From: a virus | Taxonomy: Duplodnaviria; Heunggongvirae; Uroviricota; Caudoviricetes | Length of the DNA stretch: 64,000 nt | Strand: one strand, 5' to 3' | IMG/VR virus record: IMGVR_UViG_3300038443_000660 | Coordinates: 66,082-130,081 of that record | Shown: one piece after another, positions 8,631-16,957 of the stretch | How positions within the stretch are numbered: position 1 is the stretch's first letter | How the letters are laid out: each line of letters begins with the position of its first letter | Made by a program: the position numbers and the translations under genes | The notes under the pieces: model-generated | What the model was told of the DNA's origin: nothing | Database searches by the model: none | Seen by the model: only the letters and a program-made list of their open reading frames with translations

Positions 8631-8660
8631 AAATAAAAAAGAAGGGGATTTCTCCCCTTC
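8631..8660 (-). terminator. rho-independent terminator
   Basis: Hairpin gaagggga-tttc-tccccttc followed on the minus strand by TTTTTTATTT, just downstream of the DUF932 gene. Confidence 0.65.
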
Positions 8661-8663
8661 CTG

Positions 8664-9641
8664 TTATGCAGCTTCGGCCATTTCCAAAGCAAGGTTCAGC
8701 GCTCGAACTTTCAGGTCACGAGTCGTACCATACCATGCGTTGTTGAGCCGGTTTTCTTGGGAACGGCCAAGCTGGTGGTCAGACATATAGGTGATGGTAT
8801 TGAAAAGCTGCCAATACGTCCCTTCACCAAGTTCAGCGCCGGGTTGCGTTTCCATGAATTCCAACGCCTTGATTGCGTTCCTAGAACCTTTCTCTTTCTT
8901 TTCTTCGTCCTTGGAATTGGAAGGAAATAGCTTCTGGAAGTATTCCTTGACCAAATCCTTCTTGTATTTCTTTGTAATCAGGAATTCAGCCCGCTCACGG
9001 TATTCAGTCAGATTTTCCTTGGCGGCGAACAGAGTTTCTTTGACCACTTCCGGGTCAAATTTCTGGTCATGGTTCATCTTGACAATTTTCGCTGATGCCT
9101 TGGAAAGGGCGAGGGTTAGTGTATTATTGCACACCACTCGCACGTCCGTCTGGTCAACGATGATTGCTCGACCAAATTCATGAGGATTAGAAAACAGAAG
9201 GTAATCCTCAATCACGTCTTCCTTGTTACCAAAGCGAAGCCGGAATTTTTCCTTCGTCTTCGCCAGTGCCCAAGTACGGCGTCCTTTGCAAATCGAACCG
9301 GCAGTGTTCATTTCCAATTCGCCAGCCCGAACGAATTCATCGAAAAATTCGAACGCCTTTTCATTCTGCAAAGGTTCCCAATTATCAGGAACAAAAGTCA
9401 GAATCGAATTGTCTGTGTCACGAACAAGCGCCGTCATGGTCGTCTGCCGCAGGTCATCTCCGTTCTTCATATACAGTGGCTGTTTAGAGACGGTCCAGTC
9501 CAATCCAGCAGCTACCAGCATTTCATGTGGTGTCAGGTCATTGGAAACCTTCGTACCCAAACCGTGCCAGCACGGTTCACCTGAATACGCCATGGATGCT
9601 TTTCCGCCAACCATTTCAAGATTATGAGACATTATGTTCAC
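8664..9641 (-). CDS. DUF932 / phage-plasmid-like protein (TIGR03299-type)
   Basis: 325 aa with the family's length and overall pattern (N-terminal MNIMSHNL...PCWHGLG); flanked by a promoter and a terminator; GC-richer than its surroundings. Confidence 0.5.
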   Translation of the reverse strand: MNIMSHNLEMVGGKASMAYSGEPCWHGLGTKVSNDLTPHEMLVAAGLDWTVSKQPLYMKNGDDLRQTTMTALVRDTDNSILTFVPDNWEPLQNEKAFEFFDEFVRAGELEMNTAGSICKGRRTWALAKTKEKFRLRFGNKEDVIEDYLLFSNPHEFGRAIIVDQTDVRVVCNNTLTLALSKASAKIVKMNHDQKFDPEVVKETLFAAKENLTEYRERAEFLITKKYKKDLVKEYFQKLFPSNSKDEEKKEKGSRNAIKALEFMETQPGAELGEGTYWQLFNTITYMSDHQLGRSQENRLNNAWYGTTRDLKVRALNLALEMAEAA

Positions 9642-9687
9642 CTTTCACGTTCACGTTCACGTTGCAATTTGAAATTTCAATAATGCA

Positions 9688-9716
9688 AATATCGTTTATT
9701 ATTATCCGTATGTCAA
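9688..9716 (-). promoter_or_regulatory. sigma70-like promoter TTGACA-N17-GATATT
   Basis: Minus strand: TTGACATACGGATAATAATAAACGATATT. Confidence 0.5.
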
Positions 9717-9750
9717 GCGAAATTTGATAATGAAATAAAAAAATTTGAAA

Positions 9751-9780
9751 AATAAAAAAAGCCGGGTAAAACCCCGGCCA
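9751..9780 (-). terminator. rho-independent terminator
   Basis: gccggg-taaaac-cccggc hairpin with TTTTTTTATTTTT on the minus strand. Confidence 0.6.
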
Positions 9781-9797
9781 TCAGAAGCATGTTTTTG

Positions 9798-10103
9798 CTA
9801 TGCCGACACATAAACCTTTTCGTTAGGATGCTCTACACAAGCCGCCATGATTCGGGCCATGAACAGAATACCACCAGCGGCAGACCCCCAACCGTTAGGC
9901 GCATTATACCTTTCATAATGACAACCTCGATGAATCGAATCGAACGCTGAACTTAGAATAGCAACCGCTTCCTTACCGGTTCGGTTATGCAGGCACTGAA
10001 TACCAGTATTTCCATGTTCATCATGAATATGTTCATGAAACATATTGGCTAGATTGCTCGTATAGTTTGCGTCGAAACTACCAACAGAAACGTCATAACT
10101 CAT
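9798..10103 (-). CDS. hypothetical protein
   Basis: 101 aa ORF. Confidence 0.4.
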   Translation of the reverse strand: MSYDVSVGSFDANYTSNLANMFHEHIHDEHGNTGIQCLHNRTGKEAVAILSSAFDSIHRGCHYERYNAPNGWGSAAGGILFMARIMAACVEHPNEKVYVSA

Positions 10104-10309
10104 TTCGAATTCTCCATAATTTCCATATTCAAAACCTTCATCGCATGAATAATATCATAAGCCTTGGCGATGCGGATTTCCCGAAGTCCCTTTCTTAGAC
10201 GATAAAATGATTTTTCAGTTGCTTCGTATTCAGCCATCCATATTGCTGCCGCCAGTTTCGTAGCAGCATTTCTACAATTTTCAGGAACTTCTTCTGCACG
10301 AGTTACCAT
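10100..10309 (-). CDS. hypothetical protein
   Basis: 69 aa ORF; start/stop overlap with neighbours. Confidence 0.4.
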   Translation of the reverse strand: MVTRAEEVPENCRNAATKLAAAIWMAEYEATEKSFYRLRKGLREIRIAKAYDIIHAMKVLNMEIMENSK

Positions 10310-10310
10310 G

Positions 10311-10514
10311 TTAACCCTTTCGCTTCTGTGCCTTCAAAATTCGCTTGGCGGCAGCAAGTCGGGCATTATCTTCGGGAGTGTTCAAAGCACCGCCAAAAAG
10401 CGACAGCGCCTTGACCATATTTCGAAGACTTGCACCCTGATTATTGCCGACCAATGCATAATCGGCAGCAAGTGCCGGATTGTTCTTGCGAAGGTCATCA
10501 AGCCAAGTACCCAT
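10311..10514 (-). CDS. hypothetical protein
   Basis: ORF-track start 10532 sits at the transcription start; internal Met at 10514 has an AGGAG SD 7 nt upstream. Confidence 0.45.
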   Translation of the reverse strand: MGTWLDDLRKNNPALAADYALVGNNQGASLRNMVKALSLFGGALNTPEDNARLAAAKRILKAQKRKG

Positions 10515-10542
10515 TCCGAATCTCCTATTCACTTCGATTTAT

Positions 10543-10570
10543 ATATTATCGAAATCTAGGAGAATGTCAA
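10543..10570 (-). promoter_or_regulatory. sigma70-like promoter TTGACA-N16-TAATAT (conserved family)
   Basis: Minus strand: TTGACATTCTCCTAGATTTCGATAATAT; divergent from the plus-strand gene at 10626. Confidence 0.6.
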
Positions 10571-10625
10571 CTGATAATTTTTAAACCCCCAAGATTCATA
10601 AATATGAGTAAATTAGGGAAATAAC

Positions 10626-11312
10626 ATGAAAACGTCTTTTAAAAAATATCTTCTGGAGTCTGTAGAAGTAGATGAAGAAAAGATTGAAAAGTATTATCAA
10701 AAACTTCTGCCGAAATTACAACAAATAGAACGAACGTTTGAACAAGTTTTACGTTCGTCTTTACCCAAACGGATACAGAAAGTTGATAAGTTTGGTAAAG
10801 CGTATTCAGCACAACCAATAATTATTACAAATATCAAACCGGCAGCTTCTGTAATTTCTAAAGTGAAACGTGGTAAAAAGATTGAACAAATTGGTGATAT
10901 GGTTCGTGGTGCAGTTTTGTTGCCAGATTCAAAATCAGTGGACGAATTTGCCAAAATGTTTGTTCGAAAAAATCAAGGAATAATCGACAAGTTAGATATA
11001 AAAAAATTTGGAGAGGATAAAACATATGGATATTACGGGTCACAACACATCGATTTGGTGATTAGCGGGTTGCGAGTGGAACTTCAAGTTATGACACAAA
11101 AGTTGTGGAAGATGAAACACTACGCACACCAAATTTATACTAAAACCAGAGATTCAGGTGTAACTACTGACAGCGACCGAATTCAATCCAAAAATATCTT
11201 CAAAATTGGAAATAAGCCTAAGTTTGTAAAAGAATGCGAAGTGCCAGATGATATCGATGCGCTCTATGAATTCATGTTAATCGATGACCGTTGGAAGTTA
11301 TATCTGGATTAA
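10626..11312 (+). CDS. RelA/SpoT-family nucleotidyltransferase (small alarmone synthetase-like, toxSAS-like)
   Basis: IGDMVRGAVLL (D-x-G-x-R), YGYYGSQHIDLV (G-Y-x-S-x-H) and LRVELQVMT...HYAHQIYTK (E-x-Q-x-x-T...A-H-x-x-Y-K) match the synthetase-domain signature; isolated plus-strand gene with stop codons convergent and overlapping with the gene at 11309. Confidence 0.5.
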   Translation: MKTSFKKYLLESVEVDEEKIEKYYQKLLPKLQQIERTFEQVLRSSLPKRIQKVDKFGKAYSAQPIIITNIKPAASVISKVKRGKKIEQIGDMVRGAVLLPDSKSVDEFAKMFVRKNQGIIDKLDIKKFGEDKTYGYYGSQHIDLVISGLRVELQVMTQKLWKMKHYAHQIYTKTRDSGVTTDSDRIQSKNIFKIGNKPKFVKECEVPDDIDALYEFMLIDDRWKLYLD

Positions 11313-11695
11313 CTCTTTTTGACGAAATAGAATACACCAGCCCACTCATAAAACATATAATCCGTAAGCTTAAGAGCAAACTTACTTGCGAGTTTATGAT
11401 AAATTCTTCTCTTTTTCTTTGTATTAGCAGAGAAATATAGTATGTATGGGTGATTAGTCGCTAGATACTCCATAATGATGTTCTCGACAATTCGGAACAC
11501 CTTTCTGGCATTCGTAAAATACCTTCTATCTCGCATACCAAACTCAACGAAGTCATCATTCCACTCTGGCACAAATTCGTTTATGTCGGTTCCACCACCG
11601 ATTAGATTAAAAGTGACTCGACCGGAAACACTAATATCCAGTCTGTAGTAAAGCCCACCTATATCAAATTTTCTAACAAACACAATTGCACACAT
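11309..11695 (-). CDS. hypothetical protein
   Basis: 128 aa ORF; very short leader after the promoter; stop overlaps the stop of the plus-strand SAS-like gene. Confidence 0.4.
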   Translation of the reverse strand: MCAIVFVRKFDIGGLYYRLDISVSGRVTFNLIGGGTDINEFVPEWNDDFVEFGMRDRRYFTNARKVFRIVENIIMEYLATNHPYILYFSANTKKKRRIYHKLASKFALKLTDYMFYEWAGVFYFVKKS

Positions 11696-11709
11696 TTCCT
11701 TTCATTTAT

Positions 11710-11737
11710 ATAATATCAAATTATAGGAGAATGTCAA
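11710..11737 (-). promoter_or_regulatory. sigma70-like promoter TTGACA-N16-TATTAT (conserved family)
   Basis: Minus strand: TTGACATTCTCCTATAATTTGATATTAT. Confidence 0.6.
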
Positions 11738-11743
11738 TAGGAA

Positions 11744-11911
11744 TTAGAACATAGTAAGAAGAAAAATATCAGTGAGAACAAACATAAAAAGTGGAATAAC
11801 CAGCGCTGATTTTCTCACACCTTTAATATTTCTGTTGACCAACGCAATAAAAATAACGAGGGTGCCAAAAAGAAAATATGTCAATGTAAAATAGTAAAAA
11901 AACTCGTTCAT
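11744..11911 (-). CDS. small membrane protein (55 aa), not in ORF track
   Basis: MNEFFYYFTLTYFLFGTLVIFIALVNRNIKGVRKSALVIPLFMFVLTDIFLLTMF preceded by AGGA-N8-ATG. Confidence 0.35.
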   Translation of the reverse strand: MNEFFYYFTLTYFLFGTLVIFIALVNRNIKGVRKSALVIPLFMFVLTDIFLLTMF

Positions 11912-12034
11912 TTTCAATATCCTAATCTTTCAATGCGACCTTGAATGCCACGCTTCTTGCAAGTTTTTGATGCGAATCTTGTTGTTCAAAAATCCAGAGC
12001 GAACAGAGTACATAGTTGGTTGATTTGCGTTCAT

Positions 12035-12346
12035 CTAAAACGTCCGTCCGTCGATGATTTCTTTAATGGCTTTGGTTGGTTGAATACCAAAATGCGTATC
12101 GAATTTTCCACGAGCCTTGTAGATTTGTTCAATGGTAGTTTTCGAATTTCTATCTTTAGTATCCTCATATAAAGCGTCAATAGCTTTATCAAGAATCTCG
12201 TTAAAATCTTTGGTTAGCTGTTCATATTCGTCCTCGGTCTGAACAGCATCGACCAATTGCCAATATCTCGTTTCCGCCGCTTCAATTTCAGGAAGCAGTT
12301 TTCGGGTATGATTGTATCTCGGCGTCTTTTCGATAATGTTCGTCAT
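12035..12346 (-). CDS. hypothetical protein
   Basis: 103 aa acidic ORF downstream of a promoter. Confidence 0.4.
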   Translation of the reverse strand: MTNIIEKTPRYNHTRKLLPEIEAAETRYWQLVDAVQTEDEYEQLTKDFNEILDKAIDALYEDTKDRNSKTTIEQIYKARGKFDTHFGIQPTKAIKEIIDGRTF

Positions 12347-12376
12347 GACCCTGTACTCCTATGTACACTCATAGAT

Positions 12377-12404
12377 AATATAGCATAACCTATTGGAATG
12401 TCAA
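12377..12404 (-). promoter_or_regulatory. sigma70-like promoter TTGACA-N16-TATATT
   Basis: Minus strand: TTGACATTCCAATAGGTTATGCTATATT. Confidence 0.55.
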
Positions 12405-12430
12405 GACTATTTAATTTGCTTACGTTTGGA

Positions 12431-12466
12431 TGCAAAAACGGGGCCTGCCATATTGACAAACCCCGT
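12431..12466 (-). terminator. rho-independent terminator
   Basis: acgggg...ccccgt hairpin followed on the minus strand by TTTTTGC, downstream of the GapR-like gene. Confidence 0.5.
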
Positions 12467-12489
12467 TCGATGAATTTCAAAATTATAAA

Positions 12490-12750
12490 TTAGACCATCC
12501 CTAGCGCCGCTTTATACAAATCCAAAATGGATTCTTCTTCCTGCCGTTCGGCAGCATCCTTCTTACGCATGGAGACAATCTGTCGGATGGCCTTGGTATC
12601 AAAACCAGTGCCCTTCGCCTCGGCATAGACTTCCTTGATGTCCGTGGAAATCGAATCCTTTTCTTCCGTCAACCGTTCAATTCGTTCGATGAATGCTCTT
12701 AGCTGGCCAGCCGCAACCGTCTGTGACGTTTCTGTAATTTCTTCGCTCAA
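12490..12750 (-). CDS. GapR-like DNA-binding protein (DUF2312/UPF0335)
   Basis: [49 protein letters not shown] matches the conserved GapR core. Confidence 0.65.
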   Translation of the reverse strand: MSEEITETSQTVAAGQLRAFIERIERLTEEKDSISTDIKEVYAEAKGTGFDTKAIRQIVSMRKKDAAERQEEESILDLYKAALGMV

Positions 12751-13040
12751 TTTTTAACTTTCTCTAGCTACTCGATGAATGTCGGAGCGAGAAATTCCAA
12801 TGTCTGAAAGTTCTTTGTTCGACAATCTCGATAATTCTCTGACTGTATTGATGTATGTTCTTCTGTGATTGATGTAGTTTCTAATTCTGTTAAACACGGT
12901 TGTCTTTCCTTATGCAAATAGGTGTATCACCTATATTTATTGTGCATTGCACAAAGAATCAACCGCTATTTTTGCATTCCTCCTATGCTTAATCTATGAA
13001 TTCTAATGGATTGTAACCGATTGCTTCAATAAAAATAATT

Positions 13041-13277
13041 TTACATCCTCGGATACATTGATTGCATTGATACTGGCGCACCATAACTTCCTGAACATGT
13101 TTCACAATGAAAAAGATGTTCTTCTACAGAGTAACACGAATCTGGAATGGAAATAGAAGACGTTTTTTCTGTAACCCTCATGAATCGACCACAGCTAGAA
13201 CACTTGATAGAATTCGAACAAATAATTACTTTGCGCATGATTGATACTCCATTTGAGGTATAGAATATCAATATCAT
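13041..13277 (-). CDS. zinc-ribbon protein
   Basis: 78 aa with CSSCGRF...CETCSG Cys pairs. Confidence 0.4.
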   Translation of the reverse strand: MILIFYTSNGVSIMRKVIICSNSIKCSSCGRFMRVTEKTSSISIPDSCYSVEEHLFHCETCSGSYGAPVSMQSMYPRM

Positions 13278-13286
13278 TAACTAAAG

Positions 13287-13646
13287 TCAATGAATTTTGT
13301 TTTTATTTGCTGATAGATTCCACATAAATGAATCGAATTTATGATATTCTACTAGTGTCCTTTTGACAGATGTATAGTAATAATAAGAACATTGTCCATT
13401 AGACCATTGTATTCTTATTTTTGAATAATCATGAAATTTTGGTTTTTTCGGTTTCTTTAATGGTTTTCTAAAAATTTTTCTAAAGAAATTCGATACTTTG
13501 AATGTTTGTATACGTCTTATATTACATTCTTTGGAATGGCACCACGGTATAATAACACCGTAGTCTCTAACATGTTCGGCATTGATTTCGAGGGAACTAA
13601 ATTCTCTATCCTCCATTGTATTTTCGAATCGATACATATTAACCAT
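13287..13646 (-). CDS. hypothetical protein
   Basis: 119 aa ORF. Confidence 0.35.
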   Translation of the reverse strand: MVNMYRFENTMEDREFSSLEINAEHVRDYGVIIPWCHSKECNIRRIQTFKVSNFFRKIFRKPLKKPKKPKFHDYSKIRIQWSNGQCSYYYYTSVKRTLVEYHKFDSFMWNLSANKNKIH

Positions 13647-14067
13647 TTGTAAACATCCTCAATTCATTTCTCTTGGCCATCAGTAGTTTTCCAAGATGAT
13701 TGTGACCGACACCATCACAAACGCCCCAAAATTTATCTCCCCATGTGTTCCCCTCTACCAATTCTTCATCGCCCGTCGCTAGTAATTTGTCGGCTAATTC
13801 TCGATCTTCAAATTTGAAATTCAGCCACATGCACATGACCGGAATTTTTATTTTATCCCAATCTTTTCGCATATCGCAAAACTGGCCAAGTATCTTAGCT
13901 TTACCCGGCGTTGGTGCGTTTCTGATTTCTTCCCGTTGGGCTTTGTTTCTGGTCTTACATGCCTGATATCCATGTTCAACGGTAGGATATAATTTACCAC
14001 CAAACACGATTGGTGATTCGTAAAAATTTGATAAGAAGCGATATTCGCCGTGGAAATTGTCAATCAT
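13639..14067 (-). CDS. NADAR-domain protein (YbiA-like N-glycosidase / ADP-ribose processing)
   Basis: FLSNFYESPIVFGGKLYPTVEHGYQACK...GNTWGDKFWGV is the NADAR/DUF1768 signature. Confidence 0.65.
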   Translation of the reverse strand: MIDNFHGEYRFLSNFYESPIVFGGKLYPTVEHGYQACKTRNKAQREEIRNAPTPGKAKILGQFCDMRKDWDKIKIPVMCMWLNFKFEDRELADKLLATGDEELVEGNTWGDKFWGVCDGVGHNHLGKLLMAKRNELRMFTNG

Positions 14068-15088
14068 TTTTTAATTCGTTGATTTCTTTGGCGTTTCCGA
14101 AAAACCAATGGGTAGCGGTTTGAACATGGTTTTCCCTGACATATTTCCCGACATTATTACGAAAATCTCTCCACAAGAAATCCCCCGCTCGTCGGATGAC
14201 AAAGCCTTCCACGTTGGCGGATTTTCCGTTAACTTCTCGGATGATTCTTTCAAGTTCTTTTTCGTCATATTTTCCTCGATACAGAATAGGAACGTGAGTG
14301 ATTCCTAATAGATTGAACCATTCTACAGTTTCATCCCATGGCAGACATCTCAAACCATGCCAAATAGAGAACCCCATGAGATATGACGGTAGATTATCAT
14401 ATTTGATTGAGTGTTTGGCATATAAATTTTCCGCACAAATCCGCCAATCATCCGGCAAGTCATAGGCAAAATTTTGTGCGAAATTTTTTGTCCAATCTCT
14501 GGACCAGTGATTGCGACCATCCACGGAACGAGCATGGATATATCCGTCCGAATAAATTGTGGTATTTTCACCATCCATTTTTTCGGTAATGACAACATCT
14601 TGACCGTGGAAAAAGTCCATGGATTTCATCATGCGGTCATCATCATTCATGCCGGGAGACATAACGACATGATAAGTCCGTGGGTACTTCATTCTGGTAG
14701 TGTATAAATCAAGAACACCACCTTGTTTCAAAATCTTTTGGACAGATTCGTCATCAAACAATTCGCCACGAACACGCTGCCCATTTTCTAAAACAATATC
14801 TCCCCATTTTGTGTAGGAAACATCGGAATAAAAATGTTCTGGCAAAGCAGGTTTCAATATGCCTGCATATTCTCTGATTTGCTCGACAGATATTAATGTT
14901 TGTTCACATTCAATATGATGCTTTTCACAAACGGAAGCGCCGTTTTCGAGATAGTAGCCGCCATCAGAGAACAATCGCCTTTCCAATATATGGTGAGCGT
15001 CAACAGCATCTTCACCACAGACAACGCATTTATGGTTGTCTCTGGCAAACACACCTTCTCTAAAATCGTCTCTGGACAGTAGTTTCAT
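14060..15088 (-). CDS. HNH endonuclease domain fused to RNA-ligase (Rnl-family nucleotidyltransferase) domain
   Basis: N-term HKCVVCGEDAVDAHHILERR...CEKHH (HNH); then EKMDGEN (KxDG motif I), VEGFVIRR (motif IV) and NVGKYVRENH (motif V). Confidence 0.55.
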   Translation of the reverse strand: MKLLSRDDFREGVFARDNHKCVVCGEDAVDAHHILERRLFSDGGYYLENGASVCEKHHIECEQTLISVEQIREYAGILKPALPEHFYSDVSYTKWGDIVLENGQRVRGELFDDESVQKILKQGGVLDLYTTRMKYPRTYHVVMSPGMNDDDRMMKSMDFFHGQDVVITEKMDGENTTIYSDGYIHARSVDGRNHWSRDWTKNFAQNFAYDLPDDWRICAENLYAKHSIKYDNLPSYLMGFSIWHGLRCLPWDETVEWFNLLGITHVPILYRGKYDEKELERIIREVNGKSANVEGFVIRRAGDFLWRDFRNNVGKYVRENHVQTATHWFFGNAKEINELKND

Positions 15089-15266
15089 AAAAAGAATCCT
15101 TTAGCATAATCAATACACTAAAGGATTAAGTTTGTCAATGTTAAATCAATGAATAACCGATTAACGCTACGAGTACGATTATCCAGAACAAACCAATGAA
15201 AAATGAAAATTCACCGTTTGAATATCTAAACCATATCTTAAACCAGTCTGGCATTTGTCGCTCTAA

Positions 15267-15908
15267 TCACTGAATGTATAGAGTTGGGTAGGCAAGGAAG
15301 GCGGTCCATGCCGCCGTCCCATTCTTCTTCAAGTGACGGAGCCGCCCCTTGATTTCCGAAAGCTTGAACTTCGGCTTGATATCAGCCTCGATGTTAGCCA
15401 TATAGGTCCAAACAACATCCGTGTACCGACCCTTAGCATCCTTGGCATCACTCATGGCGATACCGACCTTCTGGACACGAGTCTTGCTCCACTCGGAATA
15501 TCCACCGTAAACTCGTTCAGGACCAACCCAGAACAGAACACCGGTAGTGCCGACCGGAACCTTGCGGCCCTTGACAACCGTAACAGTATCACCCTTTACA
15601 GGCTTACGGAGTGCAGCAAGATATCCGGCAAAAACATCACGGCGAAGCTTCTTATAAGCCCAAGCATCAGCCTTGGCCTTATTCTCGGCAGTAACATCAA
15701 GAGAGGCAGTACCACCACCAGCGAACCGAGTCGTTGCATACTCATACTTAGTGATTTTCTGGTTCTCGTCATCCCATGCAATTACATAGAAATCCGAGTC
15801 GTGATAGCCGTTATACTCACGCATGGCGATAACACCGTCCTGAAACAGAACCTTCTCACCACCGTCACGATTAGGCATATAAACAGGCATGACAATCTCC
15901 ATTTCCAA
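15267..15908 (-). CDS. hypothetical protein
   Basis: 213 aa, GC-richer ORF; promoter-like TTGACA at 15954-15959. Confidence 0.45.
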   Translation of the reverse strand: MEMEIVMPVYMPNRDGGEKVLFQDGVIAMREYNGYHDSDFYVIAWDDENQKITKYEYATTRFAGGGTASLDVTAENKAKADAWAYKKLRRDVFAGYLAALRKPVKGDTVTVVKGRKVPVGTTGVLFWVGPERVYGGYSEWSKTRVQKVGIAMSDAKDAKGRYTDVVWTYMANIEADIKPKFKLSEIKGRLRHLKKNGTAAWTAFLAYPTLYIQ

Positions 15909-15969
15909 CCTCGATTATTTACATAATCAAAATTTATAAGATTGTCAAGTTATTAAATTATCAAAATTC

Positions 15970-16521
15970 TTACATATCATCGGTAAAGAATTTTGCAGGA
16001 TTGTATAATTGATGAAGCCGCTTTAGAGATTCTTTTGCTGTTTTGTGAACGATAAATGTGCCACCAGAATTAACCCATAGGTCCATATATTTTGTTCTGT
16101 CATCAATTAGAATGTCGCCGGGAGAACAGTAAAAGTGTTTCTCTTTCGATTTACAAACAATCGTCGGAATGTTCGGAAAATGTTCTCTACCCCAACGAAA
16201 TTTTTGTAAATATCCCCATTCGGCTGGCGAACCGGTTAGAATAGCAACGTCAAAATTATTATCGATAGCCCATTCTGAAACACCAGATACCAATTCAAAA
16301 GCATCCGGCATAGGTTTGAGTCGTTCAAAGAAAAACGGGTCAATAGAATGTGTATGATTCCACATTTCTTCTTTGGTCATTCTTCGCCTAATTGTTTCAG
16401 CGTCAAATTCCCAAAATTCAAACCATCGCTGATTAAAATCTGCGAGTACCCCATCCATATCGATGTAAACTGTGTTGTCAGTCATAGGTTGTCTTTTATT
16501 TTGTGATGAACATATAATCAA
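15970..16521 (-). CDS. 5'(3')-deoxyribonucleotidase (NT5C/HAD family)
   Basis: VYIDMDGVLADFNQRWFEFW at the N-terminus is typical of NT5C-type deoxyribonucleotidases. Confidence 0.7.
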   Translation of the reverse strand: MIICSSQNKRQPMTDNTVYIDMDGVLADFNQRWFEFWEFDAETIRRRMTKEEMWNHTHSIDPFFFERLKPMPDAFELVSGVSEWAIDNNFDVAILTGSPAEWGYLQKFRWGREHFPNIPTIVCKSKEKHFYCSPGDILIDDRTKYMDLWVNSGGTFIVHKTAKESLKRLHQLYNPAKFFTDDM

Positions 16522-16703
16522 TTTTTTCGTTAAGAAAATTTAATACATTTTGTGCATTTTGTTTGGTGCTGTTTCGAAGAACCATACAAATAGATAAATC
16601 ACTATCTGAACAAATTATATAATAACTCGTATGTTTTTGGTTATTGTTGGTTGAATTGCGTTCGATTTCTTTAATTTCAAATTGCATTTCGAACCTTTGA
16701 AAT

Positions 16704-16780
16704 TTGGTGCCAGATTGTGGTTTCGATCCACATCCTATAGTTCTTCAAACTATCGCTTCTACCAAGTTAGCTTATCTGGC
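16704..16780 (-). tRNA. tRNA-Phe (GAA)
   Basis: Acceptor GCCAGAT/ATCTGGC, anticodon loop TTGAAGA, T-loop TTCGAAA-like (GGATCGAAACC), CCA encoded. Confidence 0.65.
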
Positions 16781-16782
16781 AT

Positions 16783-16865
16783 TGGTGCTGGTGGAGAGAC
16801 TCGAACTCCCGATGTTTGTATGACGCCTTACAAGAGCGTTGCAGTCGCCGCTGTGCCACACCAGC
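16783..16865 (-). tRNA. tRNA-Thr (UGU), atypically long (83 nt)
   Basis: Acceptor GCTGGTG/CACCAGC, anticodon stem ACGCT/GGCGT with loop CTTGTAA, T-loop TTCGAGT; 12-nt variable region. Confidence 0.5.
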
Positions 16866-16875
16866 ATTCTTACTA

Positions 16876-16904
16876 TATTTATAACAAAAACAATGGTTTG
16901 TCAA
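16876..16904 (-). promoter_or_regulatory. sigma70-like promoter upstream of the tRNA-Thr/Phe pair
   Basis: Minus strand: TTGACAAACCATTGTTTTTGTTATAAATA. Confidence 0.45.
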
Positions 16905-16957
16905 TAGATAAATGGGAGAAGTGTTTAATTTCTCCCATTTATCTTGGTTAGCAAAGG

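Noticed and set aside
12425-12462. Plus-strand TTGACA inside the terminator hairpin (catattgacaaacc)
   Set aside because: It is part of the hairpin loop with no matching -10; coincidental.
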